From: Nostoc sp.
GTDB lineage: Bacteria; Cyanobacteriota; Cyanobacteriia; Cyanobacteriales; Nostocaceae
Assembly: GCA_036918135.1 (NCBI GenBank)
Contig: JBALDB010000068.1
Coordinates: forward strand, 1 to 38,171
Reading direction: 5' to 3'
DNA: 38,171 nucleotides
The notes under the pieces are model-generated. The model made no database searches. It was given only the letters and a program-made list of their open reading frames with translations, and was not told the DNA's origin. The translations under genes and the position numbers were made by a program. Below are positions 28,030 to 37,975 of this stretch, in pieces; position 1 is the stretch's first letter, and each line of letters starts with the position of its first letter.

Positions 28030-29301
28030 TTATTTACTACTCTGTACTTTAGCTCTAATTAACCAGTCAGCATCCTGAGCGCAAATTTCCCGCCCAGAGG
28101 AATCTCCTAAGCGGTCTAGCGCTAATAAACAAGCATATTTCAAATCCCAAATTGGCGAATTTAGACAATTTTTGAGTTCGGGAATTGCTTGTGGATTGCC
28201 CAATTCACCAAGAGCGATCGCACAAGCACCGCGAGATTTCTGAAATTGGGGTTCCCGATTGTGCAAATTTTCTATTAACAAATCATAAGCAGGAGCATAT
28301 TTTAGCCAGCCCAAAAGTTTCATCACATGATAGTGACCGCCATAATCGTTATATGCCTTATCTGCGTAAGTTGCTAAAAGTGCTGCTGGCGCTTCCTGGG
28401 GATAAATATCTAGTAAGGTTTTTGTTGCTAAATAACATCGCCCAAAATCAGTTTGATAGAGTTCCTCAATCACAAAATTCAATACAGGCGTTACATCGTA
28501 TTCATGTACTAAATCAATATCGTTGGGGCGATCGTACAAAACTTGTTCTAAGTAAGGTCGAACTTCTGCAAACGTAATTTCACCGGATGGGACACCTGCA
28601 TCTAAAAGCATCCGCAATGCTCGCAATCGGAACACTAAAGATACGGGACATCGGGCGATTTCTGGAATCGCTTTGTAATAGCGCGAATCAATTAAATCTT
28701 GAATACACCCGCGTCGTGCATTTACATTCGGACTTTGCAACAACGCCATTACCTCAGTTATTTGGGAATAGTCACCCGTAAACCGACAAACCGTAGCGAT
28801 CGCTGCACTACGGGTAGGTTCGTCCTCAACTTGCGTGAATTTACGCACACGTTCTAAGGATGGTTGATAATTAGCATGAGCCAACGTATGAATAATTATC
28901 CGATAGATTTGACCTGGTTTATCAAGTAATTGTGCCACTTCTTCTAAAATTTTCGGGTCTTTAGTCCCGATTTCACCAATTGCCCAAACAGTATTTTCTA
29001 CAGTATAAATATCATCATCTTGAAGGCACTGGCGAATTACAGGTAAAGCTGATTCGGCCTGCAATCGTCCGAGACTTTCCACAGCCTTGCGTCGGACAAT
29101 ACGGTGGTCTAAATCAGCCGGGTTACTGGTTTCAATCGCCCGCACCAAAGCTGCGATCGATTGTTCTGTGGGGAAATTAATTAAATGCGAAACCGCAATG
29201 TATTTATCAGAAGCGTCTTCGAGTTGTTCTAAAGGTGTATCGATAATGGCGATCGCTTGTTCTTCGGTTAGCCCAAAAATGTTAAAAAACCGTTTATCCA
29301 T
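28030..29301 (-). CDS. cpeY: CpeY-like E/F-clan phycoerythrobilin lyase (HEAT repeats)
   Basis: MDKRFFNIF, YIAVSHLINFPTE, RIVRRKAVESLGRL, CPVSLVFRLR, YQTDFGRCYLATKT, NDYGGHYHV, PQFQKSR are all recognisable from Fremyella CpeY. Confidence 0.85.
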   Translation of the reverse strand: MDKRFFNIFGLTEEQAIAIIDTPLEQLEDASDKYIAVSHLINFPTEQSIAALVRAIETSNPADLDHRIVRRKAVESLGRLQAESALPVIRQCLQDDDIYTVENTVWAIGEIGTKDPKILEEVAQLLDKPGQIYRIIIHTLAHANYQPSLERVRKFTQVEDEPTRSAAIATVCRFTGDYSQITEVMALLQSPNVNARRGCIQDLIDSRYYKAIPEIARCPVSLVFRLRALRMLLDAGVPSGEITFAEVRPYLEQVLYDRPNDIDLVHEYDVTPVLNFVIEELYQTDFGRCYLATKTLLDIYPQEAPAALLATYADKAYNDYGGHYHVMKLLGWLKYAPAYDLLIENLHNREPQFQKSRGACAIALGELGNPQAIPELKNCLNSPIWDLKYACLLALDRLGDSSGREICAQDADWLIRAKVQSSK

Positions 29302-29349
29302 TGATTTATTAATTGCTGAGGAAAATTATCACGTTTACTATCGTAATAT

Positions 29350-29401
29350 GATTGAAACTCAACAAATATGTTGGGTTCTCACACGCTAAGCCCAACCTAC
29401 A
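29350..29401. repeat. Partial REP-like element (TTGGGTT...CCCAACCTAC)
   Basis: GAAACTCAACAAATATGTTGGGTTC and TTGGGTT...AGCCCAACCTAC palindromes. Confidence 0.5.
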
Positions 29402-29554
29402 AAAAAATGTTAAAGGTATTACTAGCGATACCACTTTTTTGGGAAATGGTAATTCTATATTTACGCGTTCAGAAATCGAAATAAAAATATATGTAGTAAA
29501 AAGGACTAGAGGCTGGGGATTAGGTATTAGGGATTGGGTTAAAAATTGAAAAAT

Positions 29555-30481
29555 TTATTGCTCTAAATTGCTGCGTAGCTTGGCGATGTCACGATGCGGG
29601 GGAATACCAAATAGTTTTTTATATTCCCGGCTAAAATATGACGGGTCTTCATAACCGACGCGGAAGCTGGCGCTCGCTACGTCCATGTTTTCGCCGAACA
29701 TCAGACGGCGTGCTTCCTGAAGTCGTATTTGTTTCTGGAACTGCAAAGGACTCATCGCCGTGACGGACTTAAAATGTTGGTGAAAGCCTGACACGCTCAT
29801 GCCAAGTTCGCGGGCTGTATCTTCGATTTTCATCGGGCGATCGATATTCTCGCGGATTTGCCTGACGACCCTGGAGATGCGCTGCGTGTCGCCTTCCGTA
29901 GCGATCAGCTGGCCCAGCCGCGCGCTCTGTTTTCCTTTTAAAAGCCGATAGACGATCTCGCGGATAATCAGCGGCGCGAGAAACTTCATTTCGTCCGGCG
30001 TGTCAAATAGTTTCACCAATTTGACGATCGCATCGAGTAAATCGGCATCAACAGGGCTAACATCCATCGCCTTGACTCCAGTGCCGCTTTTTTTTGTTTC
30101 GATGCCGCATTCAATCATCACCGCAGCCACAAGTGCCGGATCGAGGTCTATCCGAAGATTCAAGTAAGGTTTTTCCTCAGAGGCTTCAACCACATTACTC
30201 ATAATTGGCAGATCGAGCGTCGAGATTAAGTAATGACCGGAATCGTAGTGAAATAATTCATCGTTCAAAAGTACATCCTTGCTGCCCTGGGCGATGACGC
30301 AGAAGGCGGGCTTCAGTACAGATATCTCACTCTCGGTCGGTTGCAACGATTGATATATGAAAATGCCCGGAAACATTTCCAAAAGGCTGTTTTCGGGAGC
30401 GAGACGAATCATTCTTTCGATCAGCTCTTCCCGGTTGATCTGCATTTTTCGCTTTTCAAATTCTGCTTCTCTTTGGTTCAT
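29555..30481 (-). CDS. AraC-family transcriptional regulator (YqhC-like)
   Basis: CVIAQGSKDV N-domain; GMSVSGFHQHFKSVTAMSPLQFQKQIRLQEAR and VGYEDPSYFSREYKKLFG HTH motifs. Confidence 0.95.
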   Translation of the reverse strand: MNQREAEFEKRKMQINREELIERMIRLAPENSLLEMFPGIFIYQSLQPTESEISVLKPAFCVIAQGSKDVLLNDELFHYDSGHYLISTLDLPIMSNVVEASEEKPYLNLRIDLDPALVAAVMIECGIETKKSGTGVKAMDVSPVDADLLDAIVKLVKLFDTPDEMKFLAPLIIREIVYRLLKGKQSARLGQLIATEGDTQRISRVVRQIRENIDRPMKIEDTARELGMSVSGFHQHFKSVTAMSPLQFQKQIRLQEARRLMFGENMDVASASFRVGYEDPSYFSREYKKLFGIPPHRDIAKLRSNLEQ

Positions 30482-30628
30482 AAATTTATCTTAATGCTTG
30501 GTTTCTCTTCAGCACGTTGCGCGGCGGATTTTTGGAGAATTGTCCGGTTTTTTTCGATGAACGTCCTCACGCTATCCATTTTCACGCCCACATAATTGAA
30601 CTCATACAGCAAGGAGAATTTAAAGATT

Positions 30629-31399
30629 ATGGAAACGAAAGAAAATAAATTATTTAAAGACAAGGTTGCCTTTATCACTGGCGGCGGAACAGGTATCGGC
30701 TTGGCTACTGCTCTGGCATTTGCAAAGGAAGGTGCCAGCGTGTGCGTTGCCGGTTTGTCCGAGAAAGATATTCAAGAAGTTGTAAATCGTATCAAACAGG
30801 AAGGCACAGAAGCGATTGCCGTTAAATGCGATGTTCAGCGGGCAGAAGATGTCAAAGCCGCACTCGACCAAACCATCAAAACGTATGGCAGGCTGAATTA
30901 CGCTTTCAACAATGCTGGTGTTGAACAGCCGCAAATTGCATTGGCTGATATTACCGAGGAAGAATTCGATCGCCAGATGAATATCAACTTGAAAGGTGTT
31001 TTTCTTGGTATGAAGTATCAAATTCCCCTAATTCTCAAAAGTGGTGGTGGTGCCATTGTCAACACATCTTCTGGTGCAGGAGTCAAAGGATTTAAAGGAC
31101 AGGCAGCTTATACAGCAGTGAAGCATGGAGTCATTGGTCTGACGCGCTCGGCAGCTCTGGATTATGCAACAGACAATATCAGGATTAATGTCGTGGCTCC
31201 GGGCATGATTGATACGCCGATGATGGATCGATTCACGGGCGGAACGGAAGAAGGGCGCAAAGGAGCTATTTCTCAGGAACCGATAGGCAGAATGGGAACA
31301 CCGGAAGAGATTGCCAATGCTGTCATCTGGCTATGCTCGGATGCTTCATCCTTTGTGACAGGTCACGCGCTAGTAGCTGACGGCGGACAAACGGTATAA
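30629..31399 (+). CDS. Short-chain dehydrogenase/reductase (classical SDR)
   Basis: TGGGTGIG, NNAG, YTAVK, PG, DGG. Confidence 0.95.
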   Translation: METKENKLFKDKVAFITGGGTGIGLATALAFAKEGASVCVAGLSEKDIQEVVNRIKQEGTEAIAVKCDVQRAEDVKAALDQTIKTYGRLNYAFNNAGVEQPQIALADITEEEFDRQMNINLKGVFLGMKYQIPLILKSGGGAIVNTSSGAGVKGFKGQAAYTAVKHGVIGLTRSAALDYATDNIRINVVAPGMIDTPMMDRFTGGTEEGRKGAISQEPIGRMGTPEEIANAVIWLCSDASSFVTGHALVADGGQTV

Positions 31400-31512
31400 A
31401 GATTTGGGAAAAGCGTTTTTACTAGCAGAGCTTTCTAAAACTTTTAGCAGCATTGTTGCCATTGCTTACATTCAGAAAACAAGCAATCAATGCAGATATA
31501 GGAGTCAGCAAA

Positions 31513-32595
31513 ATGAAGATGAAATATATATTAATTTTAGCGATGATGACTCTGACGAGCGGCGGGCAGGCTTACACACAAACAGAACAAAAACAACAAT
31601 CAAAACAAACAGCAGAAATGGTACAAATAACACCAAAGGAATATACAACTTTTAAGGTAAGTGACAACATTACGATGTATAAGGTTACTTTTAAAAACCA
31701 ATACAAAATGAATGTTGCGGGACATCTATTTATTCCCAAGAATTTAGATCGAAGTAAAAAACATTCGGCGATTATTGTTGGGCATCCTATGGGAGCTGTA
31801 AAAGAACAAAGTGCCAACGTGTATGCTGCAAATATGGCTGAACGAGGGTTTGTAACTTTATCTCTTGACTTGTCTTTCTGGGGTGAGAGTGAGGGCGAAC
31901 CACGCAACGCTGTTGCACCTGATATTTATGCTGAAGATTTCAGTGCAGCAGTTGACTTTCTTGGCACCCGTCCATTTGTTGACAAAAACCGAATTGGAAT
32001 AATTGGAATTTGTGGTAGTGGAAGCTTTGTTATCAGTGCCGCTAAGATCGATCCGCGAATGAAAGCGATCGCAACTGTCAGTATGTACGATATGGGAGCA
32101 GCCAACCGAAATGCACTCAACCATTCGCTGACCCTTGAGCAGAGAAAGAAAATCCAGTCCGAGGCTGCGGAGCAACGTTATGTAGAGTTTACCGATGGTG
32201 AAACCAAATACACGAGTGGGACTGTACATAAGTTAGATGAAAACACAGACCCCATCCAGCGTGAGTTTTATGATTTCTACCGCACTCCGCGAGGTGAATA
32301 TACTCCAAAAGGAGGGTCGCCGGAACTCACAACGCACCCGACGCTAAGCAGTAACGTTAAGTTTATGAATTTTTACCCGTTTAATGACATAGAAACGATT
32401 TCCCCTCGTCCTATGCTTTTCATCACGGGTGATAAGGCTCACTCAAGAGAGTTTAGTGAGGATGCCTACAAACGTGCAGCCGAACCTAAAGAATTGTATA
32501 TCGTTCCGAAAGCAGGACACGTTGATTTATATGACAGAGTTGAGTTAATTCCCTTTGACAAACTCATGTCATTTTTTACCGAACATTTAAAGTAA
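31513..32595 (+). CDS. Secreted alpha/beta hydrolase (YcjY-like)
   Basis: Signal peptide MKMKYILILAMMTL; HPMGAVKEQ, GICGSG (Cys nucleophile), GHVDLYD; RBS TAGGAG. Confidence 0.88.
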   Translation: MKMKYILILAMMTLTSGGQAYTQTEQKQQSKQTAEMVQITPKEYTTFKVSDNITMYKVTFKNQYKMNVAGHLFIPKNLDRSKKHSAIIVGHPMGAVKEQSANVYAANMAERGFVTLSLDLSFWGESEGEPRNAVAPDIYAEDFSAAVDFLGTRPFVDKNRIGIIGICGSGSFVISAAKIDPRMKAIATVSMYDMGAANRNALNHSLTLEQRKKIQSEAAEQRYVEFTDGETKYTSGTVHKLDENTDPIQREFYDFYRTPRGEYTPKGGSPELTTHPTLSSNVKFMNFYPFNDIETISPRPMLFITGDKAHSREFSEDAYKRAAEPKELYIVPKAGHVDLYDRVELIPFDKLMSFFTEHLK

Positions 32596-32627
32596 CGTGA
32601 GTTTGAGATAAGAAGCGAAGAATTATT

Positions 32628-32665
32628 AAAGAAACTGTCGTTTGAGATACAACGACGGTTTCTTT
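32628..32665 (+). terminator. Intrinsic terminator after the hydrolase gene
   Basis: AAAGAAACTGTCGTT...AACGACGGTTTCTTT. Confidence 0.7.
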
Positions 32666-33142
32666 ACAAGAAATTTCAACAATAATTGAAACAAATCTTT
32701 GTCACGATGATTGAATTCATATTTGCACTCAAATGAGTGCAAATAAAAGTTTTCTTAAAGATTGACTCTCGATTTTTAAGAAGCGGGATAAGCGAAATCT
32801 GGAACTTGAATATGTAACGAAATCAAGAATAATAAAAAAGGTTGATAGAGACGCATTACTCATATTTGATTATGTAACGAATTAAATTAAGTCCATTAGG
32901 TGACTGGAAGGTACATTCCATTCCTACATAGCTGTAGATAAGCGTAATAGTGAAATTAGTTAGAGTATTGCTTGAAGTAAATGAGGTAATAAGATATAAA
33001 CTATGTGTGTCTTCATCACATAAATGTATGCTATTGGCTCAAAGAAAAACTATAGATTAAACCTATTCAACCAATTTAACTAAAAACCTTATTGATTGAA
33101 CTGCTTTATAATGCCTAGAATCCTTTTAAGATCAGAATTCAA

Positions 33143-33229
33143 CGGAGAGATAGGGATTTGAACCCTAGAATACGTTTCCGCATTACAGCATTTCCAGTGC
33201 TGCGCCTTAAACCACTCGGCCATCTCTCC
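33143..33229 (-). tRNA. trnS: tRNA-Ser(GGA)
   Basis: GGAGAGATGGCCGAGTGGTTTAAGGCG CAGCA CTGGAAA TGCTG, long variable arm, GGTTCAAATCC, CTCTCCG; CCA not encoded. Confidence 0.97.
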
Positions 33230-33330
33230 AGATGTCACAATTTACAACTATAGTATAAAGTTCCAAAAAATGCAAAGATAAAAAGATTTTAAGTTAATCT
33301 CAAAGTTCAAGTCTCACAAACCAAATCCAG

Positions 33331-33699
33331 ATGTCCCGTAGATATACAATTCGAGTTCGCGATCGCGCCACTGGCCAAACATACACCCTACAAGTCCCAG
33401 AAGACCGCTACATCCTGCACACTGCCGAAAAACAAGGGGTGGAACTGCCGTTTTCCTGCCGTAATGGGGCTTGTACTACTTGTGCTGTAAGAGTGTTGTC
33501 CGGAGAAATTTACCAACCAGAGGCGATCGGCTTGTCGCCAGAGTTACGTCGCCAAGGTTATGCCTTGTTGTGTGTGAGTTACCCCCGTTCTGACTTGGAG
33601 GTAGAAACACAAGACGAAGATGAAGTTTATGAACTCCAATTTGGACGCTATTTTGCTAGGGGTAAAGTTAAAGCAGGTTTACCGTTAGATGAGGAATAG
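33331..33699 (+). CDS. fed2: 2Fe-2S ferredoxin with C-terminal extension (Fed2/FdC2 type)
   Basis: CRNGACTTC...C plus EDEVYELQFGRYF tail. Confidence 0.9.
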   Translation: MSRRYTIRVRDRATGQTYTLQVPEDRYILHTAEKQGVELPFSCRNGACTTCAVRVLSGEIYQPEAIGLSPELRRQGYALLCVSYPRSDLEVETQDEDEVYELQFGRYFARGKVKAGLPLDEE

Positions 33700-33737
33700 G
33701 ATTTTGTTCGCCCACAGGTGCAGAGGAGCAAATTAGT

Positions 33738-34280
33738 GTGTCGATACGTTTTGGCGTTTGGGCAAGAAAAATAGGCATTTTAGTTTGTCTGTTACTGCTA
33801 GTGAGTTGCCAAGGTAAAAATCCGCTACCAAACAATCAAGCGCAGGTGAAGGTTGCACGGGTAGTTAGTGGGCAAAGTTTAGAAGTGTTAGGTATGGCGG
33901 AACAACCAAATTTGATTTCTCAAGTGCGGTTAGTGGGAATTGATGCACCAGATTTGCGACAGCGACCTTGGGGCGAACAAGCAAAAGAACAGTTAGAGAA
34001 TCTAATTGATGGTGCAGATTCAGTAACGCTGGAGTTTGATTTAGAAACAACAGACAAAATTGGGCGAACCCTAGCTTATGTATGGAAAAATAAAGTTTTG
34101 TTGAATGAAGAATTAGTCAAACAAGGGAATGCATTATTTGTTGAGCGATCGCCGAACCACAAATATGACCAACGTTTAGAACGTGCCCAACAATGGGCTA
34201 GACTCATGGGGCTAGGAATTTGGAACCCAGAAAAACCCATGCGTCTCACTCCCGCTGAGTTTCGCCGTCTGAATCTCTAG
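33738..34280 (+). CDS. Thermonuclease (SNase-like) lipoprotein
   Basis: Lipobox LVSC, VRLVGIDAP, DKIGRTLAYVW, GLGIW; the GTG start is uncertain. Confidence 0.88.
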   Translation: MSIRFGVWARKIGILVCLLLLVSCQGKNPLPNNQAQVKVARVVSGQSLEVLGMAEQPNLISQVRLVGIDAPDLRQRPWGEQAKEQLENLIDGADSVTLEFDLETTDKIGRTLAYVWKNKVLLNEELVKQGNALFVERSPNHKYDQRLERAQQWARLMGLGIWNPEKPMRLTPAEFRRLNL

Positions 34281-34365
34281 GGAGATGGGGAGGTGGGGAG
34301 TGTGGAGAGTGTGGGGAGATGAGGGAGAATAACTAATGACTAATGACTAATGACTAATGACTAAT
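34281..34365. repeat. G-rich repeat followed by (ACTAATG)x4-5 STRR overlapping the suhB start
   Basis: Directly visible. Confidence 0.85.
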
Positions 34366-35169
34366 CTACAAATTTTTCTAGATATTGCTACAGAAGCAGC
34401 CTTAGCTGGTGGTGCTATACTGCAAGGCTACTTGGGTAAGTTAGAAGATGCAATTATTGAAAAAGGACGCCCTGGTGATTTAGTTACCGCTGCTGATAAA
34501 GCGTCAGAAAAGTTGATTTTAGAAATTTTGGGTCGCCATTTTCCCCAGCATTCTATCCTCGCTGAAGAATCAGGGAAATTAGGCGATGGAGAAAATGAAT
34601 ATCTCTGGGCAATAGATCCTTTAGATGGCACAACCAATTACGCCCATCAATACCCATTCTTTGCCGTTTCCATTGGGCTACTAATTAATGGCGTCCCACA
34701 AGTTGGTGTTATTTATGACCCCTTTCACAATGAGCTATTTCGTGCTGCTGCTGGTTTGGGAGCAACACGCAACCGTCAGGCGATCGCAGTTTCTGCAACC
34801 TCCCAACTAAATAAGAGCTTACTGGTAAGTGGATTTGCCTACGATCGCCGCGAAACCTCTGATAACAATTATGCCGAATTTTGTCACTTGACCCATTTGA
34901 CTCAGGGAGTTAGACGTAGCGGTTCTGCATCGCTGGATTTAGCGTATGTTGCCTGTGGACGCGTCGATGGTTACTGGGAACGCGGGCTTTCACCTTGGGA
35001 TATTGTCGCTGGGATAATTTTGGTACAAGAAGCTGGCGGCAAAGTTACCGCCTACGATGGCACTCCCTTAAACATCGAGTCAGGTAGAATTCTCGCCACC
35101 AACAGTTATATTCATGACACCGTGAGTCGTGAACTTTTACAAGTTCCGCCCCTGTCAGCCTGGAAGTGA
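34357..35169 (+). CDS. suhB: Inositol monophosphatase family protein
   Basis: AEES, WAIDPLDGTTNYAH, RRSGSASLDL, WDIVAG. Confidence 0.93.
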   Translation: MTNLQIFLDIATEAALAGGAILQGYLGKLEDAIIEKGRPGDLVTAADKASEKLILEILGRHFPQHSILAEESGKLGDGENEYLWAIDPLDGTTNYAHQYPFFAVSIGLLINGVPQVGVIYDPFHNELFRAAAGLGATRNRQAIAVSATSQLNKSLLVSGFAYDRRETSDNNYAEFCHLTHLTQGVRRSGSASLDLAYVACGRVDGYWERGLSPWDIVAGIILVQEAGGKVTAYDGTPLNIESGRILATNSYIHDTVSRELLQVPPLSAWK

Positions 35170-35335
35170 AGGGGATGAGGGGGCTGGGGGAGCAGGGGGG
35201 GCAGGAAGAGATGGGAAGATGGGGAAGTGTAGGGAGTGAGAGGAGAGAAGGGAGATGGGGGAGTGTGGGGAGTGTGGGAGGATGGGGAAGAAATCTTTCC
35301 CCCCACACCTCCTTTTCCTCCCACACTCCCTGTTT
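35170..35335. repeat. G-rich 9-mer-like repeats with an inverted C-rich partner
   Basis: GGGGAGTGT/GGGAGATGG units (35170-35290) and TCCCCCCACACC/TCCCACACTCCC (35297-35331). Confidence 0.8.
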
Positions 35336-35436
35336 GCCCAATAACCAATGACAAATATAATTTGCTACTGACGGATCGCCGAGTGAGGGAAGTAAACTAG
35401 AAAAAATCTAATTGCTCCTTTGGTGCAAACTGCTAT

Positions 35437-36381
35437 ATGTCTTTCAAAATAGATCGTGGACTATTTAGATATGATTTCATAGATCATCACGCAGTATTGT
35501 GCGTTCCAATTGATGCGGATGTTAAAGATATTCGCAAACGCTATCTTCAAATTGCCCGCCGCTTACACCCAGATAGTAGTATTACAGAAAATGTTGAACA
35601 AAAACAGCTAGGTAATGAATTGCTATCAAAGCTGGTTAACCCAGCTTATGAAAAACTTACTAACGAACGCACTCGCACAGAATATATTATAATTTTGTCG
35701 CAAATGGGCAAGCGCCTGGTACAAGAAGCTACTACAGTGACTCTAAATACAGAATTAGGGAGACAGTTAGCTGGTGCTGCCAATATCGATCATTTTTATA
35801 AAAGTGCGATCGCCAAACTTGCCCAAACTCAATATGATTCTTTAGACCAAGCTCTGCAAGTTGTTGCCCAAATTAGTGAGTTGAATTTAGTATACTTGAT
35901 GCGGAGTGCAGTTAAACCGTCCGCAGCACCACCACCAACTGCTCAACCCAAAGTTAACTCAGCTACACCTAAGCCAGATACCGCAAAACAGACACCACCA
36001 GTAAAAGAAGACTTGATTGTAGAGCAGTATGTTCGTCGCGCTCAATCTTTGATGGACAAAAATCAATTTGCTCAAGCCAAAGTAGAGTTGCAGGAAGCCC
36101 TGAAGCTAGAACCAAAAAATAGTCATTGCCATAGCTTGATTGGAATGACGTATTTAAAGCAAAATCAGCTAAAAATGGCAAAAATCCACTTCGATAACGC
36201 ACTCAAATTAGACCCCAATGACCAAATAGCGTTGCAATGGAAACCTAAAATAGATAAAGCTTTAGGACAACAACCTACCGATCGTAAGGTGACTTCATCT
36301 CCCAATAATGGAGATAAGCAACCGGATAAATCTGGTAGTAGTGGTTTGTTCGGTGGTTTGTTTGGTGGGAAGAAAAAATAA
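35437..36381 (+). CDS. DnaJ-domain protein with C-terminal TPRs
   Basis: IRKRYLQIARRLHPD J-domain; TPR motifs ALKLEPKN, ALKLDPND. Confidence 0.92.
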   Translation: MSFKIDRGLFRYDFIDHHAVLCVPIDADVKDIRKRYLQIARRLHPDSSITENVEQKQLGNELLSKLVNPAYEKLTNERTRTEYIIILSQMGKRLVQEATTVTLNTELGRQLAGAANIDHFYKSAIAKLAQTQYDSLDQALQVVAQISELNLVYLMRSAVKPSAAPPPTAQPKVNSATPKPDTAKQTPPVKEDLIVEQYVRRAQSLMDKNQFAQAKVELQEALKLEPKNSHCHSLIGMTYLKQNQLKMAKIHFDNALKLDPNDQIALQWKPKIDKALGQQPTDRKVTSSPNNGDKQPDKSGSSGLFGGLFGGKKK

Positions 36382-37592
36382 TGGTGTATCAACCAGCAGC
36401 GGGAGCCAGGGATTTATTACCCTTAGATGTGGCAAAAAAACGCTGGATTGAAGATAGGTTACAACAAGTGTTTCACCGTTGGGGATATCACAGGATTATC
36501 ACCTCAAGTTTGGAGCGGATGGATACTTTGATGGCAGGGGGAGCAATCCAGCGCCAGATGGTGATTCAACTCCAAAATAGCGAAGACGATGGATTGGGCT
36601 TGCGTCCAGAATTAACTGCATCCATTGCTCGCACCGTTGTTACTCGGATGGCAGGTGTAACTTATCCTCAACGCTTGTACTACAATGCCAACGTCTTTCG
36701 CCGCAATTGGGAAAGTAGGCATAATCGCCAGCAGGAGTTTTATCAAACTGGGGTAGAGTTATTAGGTGCTGGCGGATTGCTAGCAAATGCAGAGGTACTG
36801 CTGTTGGTAGCAGATTGTCTGGCTGCACTGAGTTTGCCGCAATGGCATTTAATTTTAGGTGAAGCAGGAATTACCCGATCGCTGCTGAGTGCCTTCGATG
36901 CTAATCTACAGGATAAAGTTCGCACGGCGATCGCTCATCTTGACCGCATTACTATAGATAACTTACCTCTGAGTGACGAACTACGCGATCGCGCTCGAAT
37001 CATGATGGATCTGCGCGGGTCTAGTGCTGAAGTCTTACAGAAAGTCAGTAGCTTGCAGCTAGATGAACAACAGCAACAAGCAGTGAATAACCTTAAATCC
37101 CTAGTGGAATTACTCGAATCAGAGAAAAAATTCTCCTTAATCCTCGATTTGAGCCTGATCCAAACCATAGATTATTACACAGGCATCGTCTTTGAAGTTG
37201 TCAATGATACAGAATCCCAAATCCGAATTTTGGGGCAGGGTGGTCGTTACGACCAGCTTTTGGGACTATATCATCCCCAAGGAGAAAACATCCCCGGAAT
37301 TGGTTTTGTACTCAACATTGAAGATTTATACCAAGTTCTATTATCTACACAGCAATTACCGCAAACAACCCCGGCTAGCAACTGGTTGGTAGTACCAGAG
37401 ACAGCGAGTGCTGATGCTGCTGCGTTTGCCTACGCCCAAAAACTGCGAGATTCCACTGATTTGGTGCGGGTAGAAATGGATTTGCTCAGAAGGAATGCAG
37501 ACGCGATTCGCCAATATGCACGCGATCGCGGCATTGCCCAAATTGCCTGGATTAAAGCTGATGGCTCGCCCAAAATTGAATCATTGCGTTAA
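36381..37592 (+). CDS. hisZ: ATP phosphoribosyltransferase regulatory subunit
   Basis: GARDLLP, LRPELTASIAR, EFYQTGVEL, YYTGIVF, GGRYD; overlaps the upstream stop (TAATG). Confidence 0.95.
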   Translation: MVYQPAAGARDLLPLDVAKKRWIEDRLQQVFHRWGYHRIITSSLERMDTLMAGGAIQRQMVIQLQNSEDDGLGLRPELTASIARTVVTRMAGVTYPQRLYYNANVFRRNWESRHNRQQEFYQTGVELLGAGGLLANAEVLLLVADCLAALSLPQWHLILGEAGITRSLLSAFDANLQDKVRTAIAHLDRITIDNLPLSDELRDRARIMMDLRGSSAEVLQKVSSLQLDEQQQQAVNNLKSLVELLESEKKFSLILDLSLIQTIDYYTGIVFEVVNDTESQIRILGQGGRYDQLLGLYHPQGENIPGIGFVLNIEDLYQVLLSTQQLPQTTPASNWLVVPETASADAAAFAYAQKLRDSTDLVRVEMDLLRRNADAIRQYARDRGIAQIAWIKADGSPKIESLR

Positions 37593-37687
37593 GTGAGTTG
37601 GGGATTGGGCATGGAGCATTCTTCATTTTCCCACTCCTCAACTATGCGACCCAGATAATACTGTAATTTTAAAAACTGCTGTAGCAG

Positions 37688-37918
37688 CTAATGCCGAGAA
37701 TCTCGCACATCTGCAAAAATTTCTGGTTCAATACCTGCGGATTCTAATTCTTGTTTTTGGCGAAATTTTTCTAGGGATTTCCAGAATTGCGATTCAGCAC
37801 TGATGCTAGTTGTAGAGTCTTGGTATAAAATCTCAATGACTATTTCTTGCCCATCAGGAATCTTTATTTCCTCAAATATTTCTATAGAGTTTTTGCGCTT
37901 AATGCCTTTAATTTTCAT
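37688..37918 (-). CDS. Small antitoxin-like hypothetical protein
   Basis: MKIKGIKRKNSIEIFEEIKIPDGQEIVIEI...FWKSLEKFRQ...IFADVRD resembles cyanobacterial antitoxin-like proteins. Confidence 0.55.
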   Translation of the reverse strand: MKIKGIKRKNSIEIFEEIKIPDGQEIVIEILYQDSTTSISAESQFWKSLEKFRQKQELESAGIEPEIFADVRDSRH

Positions 37919-37975
37919 AATTTTTATTCTAGTTCGTAACTGCTGGGAAAACAAGTTATTACTATGGATTGAAGG

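Noticed and set aside
29400..33143. Integrative element with att sites at tRNA-Ser
   Set aside because: No duplicate of the tRNA 3' end and no integrase found by eye.
1619..37541. Remaining short ORF-track entries nested in or antisense to called genes
   Set aside because: They overlap well-supported CDSs and show no recognisable motifs.
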